DNA of 14,649 nucleotides from Octopus sinensis (lineage: Eukaryota), in the NCBI RefSeq assembly GCF_006345805.1, contig NW_021825772.1, positions 1 through 14,649 of the forward strand, written 5' to 3'. Both the position numbers and the translations under genes were made by a program. The first letter of the stretch is position 1, and each line of letters starts with the position of its first letter. Positions 9,627 to 14,649 of this stretch are shown here, one piece after another. The notes beneath the pieces were generated by a model. That model was not told the origin of the DNA and did no database searches. It saw nothing but the letters and a program-made list of their open reading frames with translations.

Positions 9627-10281
9627 TTATAAATCTAATATTTTTCTATTCTTCCTTAATACCGGTTGCTCATATCTGTTCAGACGGTTGTTGTGCTGCT
9701 TCTTTTAGTTTTCATATTTTCCAGTGGTGTTCTCTGTCTATTATTTTAACTTCATCCCACAGGGGGAGGTGGTCTCCATTTTTCCATATATGATCAGCTA
9801 TACCCGATTTATCAATATCTCCCCGTGTCACAGCTTTGCAATGTTCATCTACCTTTATTTTGATGGGTTGGCATGTTTCGCCTTAGTATAACCTACCACA
9901 GCAGCATGGGATGGAGTACAAGCAGTTTTTGTTCATATTCTCTTCTATTGGTGGTTTTACTCGAAGGAGATGTTTGCGAAGTATATTACTTTTGAATACT
10001 GTCCTGATGTCATATGGGCCGCATATCTTTGTATCTCTTCGAAGAAGCCTTTCACATAGAGTAGACAGACTGTGGATAGTTTATTGGCTTCATTCTCTCT
10101 TCTCCTCATAATTGGAGTGGATAGTATGTTTGGGGGTAGTTGTTGCTTAACAGATTGTTACTTAGCTTGATCATTTCTTCGTGGTGGTATCACGATCGCT
10201 ACTTATATTCTTCGCTCAATGTTTTAGGCACTGAGCAATCCCTCTCTTTACACTGTATGGATGGTGGGAATTGAAGTTGAG
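9627..10281 (-). mobile_element. Decayed Penelope-like element fragment (RT thumb plus GIY-YIG endonuclease)
   Basis: Manual translation gives LNFNSHHPYSVKRGIAQCLKH*AKNISS, then NNLLSNNYP, then TVCLLYVKG, GPYDIRTVFKSN, NKNCLYSIPCCCGRLY*GETCQPIKIKVDEHCKAVTRGDIDKSGIADHIWKNGDHLPLWDEVKIIDREHHWKI*KLKEAA. Contains stops and frameshifts, so it is absent from the ORF track. Confidence 0.85.
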
Positions 10282-10335
10282 ACAGACAGAGACGATACAC
10301 AGAGAGATAGACAAAGCAAGAGAGAAAGTATTTCA

Positions 10336-10563
10336 TATTTCTTTACTACCCTCAAGGGGCTAAACACAGAGAGGACAAACAAGGGCAGACAAACGGATTA
10401 AGTCGATTATATCGACCCCAGTGCGTAACTGCTACTTATTTAATCGACCCCGAAAGGATGAAAGGCAAAGTCGACCTCGGCGGAATTTGAACTCAGAACG
10501 TAACGGCAGGCGAAATACGGCTACGCATTTCGTCCGGCGTGCTAACGTTTCTGCCAGCTCGCC
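10336..10563 (-). mobile_element. ~230 bp SINE with tRNA-like head (recalled as an octopus family), with a 20-bp target site duplication
   Basis: Near-identical to 14065-14292. Head ggcgagctggcagaaacgttagc, B-box-like gagttcaaattcc. Flanked by gcaagagagaaagtatttca at 10316-10335 and 10564-10583. Confidence 0.9.
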
Positions 10564-10824
10564 GCAAGAGAGAAAGTATTTCAGTTAACGAATGTGTCCA
10601 TCACAAGGAGTGAAAAAAATATCTTGATAGCAGAGCTATAATGATTTCCACCCCTTCTCCATGGAAAGAAAAAAACCGCTGTAGAATGATTAGTAATACA
10701 GACAAGGAGCTTACCGCATGGAGGTAAAATTGCAAAAAGTTTGGCGAATGTAAGGCATAGCTCTAATGCGGGTCATTTGAAGGCAATGAAATTATTATCA
10801 GTGGCCTCCTTTGTTGGTTTAAAC

Positions 10825-11093
10825 AAGTGGTTCTCAGCCATTTTTTGCCTACGGACATTTTTGATTCTTATTTTACTCAAATGGACCCTCCTAGACATTC
10901 CATGTTTAGAAATCCTATTGTACTTTTATAATTAAATATTATTAGCAGATGTATAAAAAAAATTGATAAAACGCTTTTTTTTGTATTGTAGATATATAAC
11001 CACAAATTTTAACAATAAAATTTTATGTGAACTCCCAAGGGCCATATGGACCCATCCCAGCAGTGCCATATGAACCGCTATTGAGAACCAATG
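10825..11093. mobile_element. hAT-type MITE (non-autonomous DNA transposon), 269 bp
   Basis: Imperfect TIRs aagtggttctcag (10825-10837) and ttgagaaccaatg (11081-11093), resembling CAGTGGTTCTCAA. Flanks gtttaaac (10817-10824) and gtttaaag (11094-11101) match 7/8, fitting an 8-bp hAT TSD. AT-rich non-coding interior. Confidence 0.72.
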
Positions 11094-11297
11094 GTTTAAA
11101 GTAATCATGAGTGCATTGTACATTGTCCTGAGACTGATAGAGTAAAAAAAAAATGAACGTTTTAGTGAAGTTTCGTTGATTGTGTGACATTAAATTGTAT
11201 CCGGCAATGAGGTTCCACCTCCGAAGTTCATGAGTTCTGATGCAGTGTGGAACAACCCCTTAGTCAACACTACTTTCAAGAGTACTCTGACGATTTT

Positions 11298-11395
11298 TGG
11301 TGTTGGTGGTGGTGGTGGTGGTGGTGATGATGAAGGTCGTAGTAGTTGTGATGGTGGTATTGGTGGTGATGGTGACTGTGGTATTGCTGCTGCTG
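11298..11395. repeat. Compound trinucleotide microsatellite (GGT/GAT/GCT)
   Basis: Visible GGT, GAT and GCT runs. Confidence 0.85.
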
Positions 11396-11762
11396 TTGCT
11401 GTTACAGTTGAGCTGTTGAGCGAAGCTGTCTTCGTTCCAGTGGGAGAAGTCCGAAAAGTGGTCCTTTGCTATTCGTAATACCCGCAGAAGAGAAAGCAGG
11501 TCAACCCCCGACACCGAGAGCAACCGACGGATGGATGAATGCGCATCCAGGCTCAGCGGTTGCGTAGAAAGTCGGGGGCATGAAACAGGAAGAAAGAGTG
11601 AGAGAAAGTTGGGGCGAAAGAGTACAACAGGGGTCGCCACCACCCCTTGCCGGAGCCTCGTGGAGCTTTAGGGGTTTTCGCTCAATAAACACATACAATG
11701 CCCGGTCTGGGAATCGAAACCGCGAGTCCGCTGCCCTAACCACTGGGCCATTGCGCCTCCAC
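11396..11762 (-). mobile_element. tRNA-derived SINE of a second family, inserted in a CAG/CTG repeat
   Basis: Minus-strand head gtggaggcgcaatggcccagtggttagggcagcgg with A box TGGCCCAGTGG and B-box-like GTTTCGATTCC. Candidate 12-bp TSD ttgctgctgctg at 11384-11395 and 11763-11774. Confidence 0.8.
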
Positions 11763-11886
11763 TTGCTGCTGCTGCTTGTGACGATGATGAGGATGACGAT
11801 GATGACGACCATCACCCCCAACACCATCACCACCCATCACCACCACCACCATCACGACGACGACGACGATGATGATGGTGGTGTGG
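11763..11886. repeat. Compound trinucleotide microsatellite (GCT/GAT/CAC/GAC/GGT)
   Basis: Visible runs of these triplets. Confidence 0.85.
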
Positions 11887-12491
11887 TTGATAGTAAGGGA
11901 AATTCAATAATGGTCCGGGGTGGTGTTACTTGTCAAAGCCCCCAAGAATAAAAGATTGTCCCATAGTTAAAGGCATACAGGACTCAGAAGATGGCAGGCC
12001 CTTAGATATTTATCATAAAGGCTCATCAGCCGACATCACGTGAACCATATACTGGCAGAAACAACGAAAAGCTTCTGCTGTGTTTTCTGCAGAAAAATTA
12101 TGTAGCTTCAGATTTTGTCATGAAAATCCATAACCGATGTCACCTGTAAAAACAGACATGGTACGTGAAGAGAGCTGGAGAGCATTGTAGAACTGGAAAC
12201 AAACATAGGGAAGAATATGAGAAAGCTTTTTTCTAAGATGGCAAACAGTTTACGAAGTTTTATTGATTGAGAAAAGAAAAAAAAAGAGTAGAAAATTTTG
12301 GAGGATTCCTTAGACTTAACAAGTCTTCAAAAGGTCCAGCTACAATTTAGGAAGTGAAAGAAGTTGCTGGGTGAAACATGCATCTTTTGTTTTCAGAAGT
12401 GTATTTTTTGAAAGAGAATCAGCGGTGAGTAAAGTCATCCAGTTGATGAAGTGGTAAGTTTCCTCTGCTGTTGCTTCTGTTGGTGCTGATT

Positions 12492-12515
12492 TTGTTGTTG
12501 TTGTTGTTGTTGTTG
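12492..12515. repeat. (TTG)8 microsatellite
   Basis: Perfect 24-bp run. Confidence 0.9.
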
Positions 12516-12964
12516 GCAAAATACCTTGTTTGCGCTACTTCGGAATAGCTGTGTGTGAATAGCATGGTTCCTTGGCTGTTGTGGGATTAGATTCTGTGAG
12601 GAATATTAAGAAATATACTTAAGAAGCCAACTTCCGTCATCGGTATATTTCTTTTGTGAAATCGAGAAGAAACTCGCTGAATGTTGGTGGTGAGTTTGGT
12701 TTTCCTACAAGCTTCTCCCATTCAAGGGAAATCTATTGATACGATATTGATTTTTGTTAAAGGGATGTTTTCTTACCAAAATTTGAAGATGGAAACAAAA
12801 GTTGAGGGAGACGAATATAAGAAGGAAAGAAGAGGAAAATGAGGAGGAGGAGAGTAAAATGGTGAAATAAAGTGGGAGTGAGAGACAAATAAAATAGTGT
12901 CGCTAAGGAGTTGAAATCTAGATGCAACGTTACTGCTATTACATTAGATAAATTTATGTTCGAA

Positions 12965-13130
12965 GTAAGAAATAACAATATGAACAACGTGAACAGCAAC
13001 AAGAATTACAACAATGCGAAATACCTAAAGACAACAATAAAAATAATAAAAACAGTGGTAAAAGCAGCAACAATAACAACAACAGCTAACACTACTACAA
13101 TAAGAGGGACACAGCCAACAGCATCAACAC
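12965..13130. repeat. AAC/AAT-rich low-complexity tract
   Basis: Degenerate aac/aat/cag triplet runs. Confidence 0.6.
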
Positions 13131-13589
13131 ACACGCATTTATTTTTAATGAGATTTTCCAGCTGTCTTCGTCTCGAATGTTTGTGAAAGAAAATATAAAT
13201 GCAACGATAGTTCAGCAACAGGTCGGTCAAACATTATAAAAACAACCTCAAACGCAACCAACATAGCCAAGGCTTTCTATGTGGAAATCGGTTCCATCGC
13301 CGGTCAAAATATTGACAAGGGTAAACTAATAGTCAACGACAAGAATTAACGGGAAAAACATGAGATTCAGCTTTCAGAAATACAAGAGGCATGCAGTATA
13401 GCAAGTATTACAAGACGGCAATTTTGTCGGATGTGTCACAGAGGGTTATTCAAAGAATCGATGAACGGTAACCTATTGATGAATAACTCATTGAGCAGAG
13501 AAACAAACACACAGAAAGGGAAAGCAATGTTTGAAATCTCTGTGAGAGAGAAAAGGCATCATTCGTTGTGAATATTCCAACTATCTGCG

Positions 13590-13660
13590 CTCTGAGTTCA
13601 AATACAGCCGACATCAACTCTGCTTTACATCTTTTATGGGGTCGATAAAAGAAGTATCAA
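13590..13660 (+). mobile_element. Old, diverged internal fragment of the ~230 bp SINE family
   Basis: tctgagttcaaatacagccgacatcaactctgctttacatcttttatggggtcgataaaagaagta aligns by eye to SINE ...gagttcaaattcagccgagatcgactcggcctttcatcctttcggggtcgataaattaagta. Confidence 0.7.
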
Positions 13661-14064
13661 TCGAGGTTGATGAACTGGTGGAACTTAAGAATGCCGGTCC
13701 AGATGTCTTGCGGTATTTATTCCGGCTTTTTGCATTCATAATTAAATTCCTGCTACTCGGTAGAGTTAGTCCATCACCCGGTTTAATACCACCACTTGGC
13801 AATTTTGGTTACTTTTAGTGGAGTCCATTTTGTCGTAAGTATTTAAGTGAGGTTTCGTGTTCGGGGCTACCTTTCTCCCCTCTTCTTACCAGTCCTTGAG
13901 GCCCTGTAAAGGGTCATGAACATTACGTTCCCCTATACTTAAAAATATATATAAAGAAGATATACATTACCCATGGAGAACATTTTGTTGCAGCAGATGC
14001 CAGATTTTCCAGTTGCCGAACCGCTTAAGAACAAGGATTCCACACTTATACTAAGATATATGAG

Positions 14065-14292
14065 GGCGGCGAGCTGGCAGAAACATTAGCATGCCGGGCG
14101 AAATTCCTAGCGGTATTTCGTCTGCCGTTACGTTGAGTTCAAATTCAGCCGAGATCGACTCGGCCTTTCATCCTTTCGGGGTCGATAAATTAAGTACCAG
14201 TTGCGCACTGGGGTCGATATAATCGACTTAATCCGTTTGTTTGTCCTTGTTTGTCCTCTCTGTGTTTAGCCCCTTGTGGGTAATAAAGAAAT
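14065..14292 (+). mobile_element. ~230 bp SINE, complete copy, with a 9-bp target site duplication
   Basis: ggcggcgagctggcag...gagttcaaattc...gtgggtaataaagaaat. Flanked by atatatgag at 14056-14064 and 14293-14301. Near-identical to the reverse complement of 10336-10563. Confidence 0.9.
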
Positions 14293-14649
14293 ATATATGA
14301 GCAGATGTGTGATAAAGGTAACAGTTGGGCGTGCCTACAAGACAAACTTACCGATGGCTAATTGTGATTGTTTTGCTTGATGTAGCTAAAATTAAGATTC
14401 AAAAAGTAGACTGGTTTGATGTAGACATATCCCTGATTAGATATGGCCAATGCTAACTAGAAAAGGAGCAAAAATTATCTAGTTAATGGAACAACCACAT
14501 GGAATTCGGTTAAATATAACGCTCGAAGGTGAACGACCTGTGACGCAAACCACTGAATGGCTTTCTGCTAAAATGAAAGAGTGAAAGCGCGAAAGAGGAA
14601 GGACCTCCCCCCACTCCCCTACCTCACCTACTGCACTCACACTTTCTAC

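Noticed and set aside
11690-11762. Functional tRNA gene
   Set aside because: There is no complete cloverleaf, the A-B spacing is compressed, and it continues into a SINE body with a TSD.
11260-11951. ORFs 11260-11643, 11501-11833 and 11580-11951 with poly-H/D/T runs
   Set aside because: They are open only because they cross triplet microsatellites and a SINE; no protein family signal.
11940-12620. Possible host exon (poly-Q frame on the minus strand near 12455-12600) or a very old RTE-like 3' fragment on the plus strand
   Set aside because: Frequent stops, no motif I can recognise with confidence, and the poly-Q is just (TTG)8. A tBLASTx search would be needed.
13266-13571. Plus-strand stretch of ~100 codons with one internal stop
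   Set aside because: No recognisable domain or splice context; compatible with chance.
13672-13740. Possible highly degenerate SINE head (gaactggtggaac...gcggtattt)
   Set aside because: Similarity is too weak to support by eye.

Overview
Eukaryotic, gene-free, transposon-dense window. It is probably octopus, inferred only from my recollection of the two SINE families. The left 9.6 kb is a head-to-tail array of three minus-strand non-LTR retrotransposons of the L1/Tx1 group: an apparently full-length copy A (17-6211; gag-like ORF1 plus APE endonuclease/RT/CCHC ORF2) and two 5'-truncated copies, B (6311-7404) and C (7473-9582). Every 3' end, and the 5' ends of A and B, abut (GATA)n/(TATC)n microsatellite, which suggests a GATA-repeat-targeting Tx1 family. 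The right 5 kb holds a Penelope-like (RT thumb plus GIY-YIG) fragment, two complete copies and one fragment of a ~230 bp SINE, a second tRNA-headed SINE, a hAT-type MITE and simple repeats. The last 44 nt of the ~230 bp SINE match the last 44 nt of the LINE at 36/44 positions without gaps (hand count). The window may therefore show both an autonomous Tx1 LINE and its non-autonomous SINE partner. All alignments were done by eye and no database searches were run.
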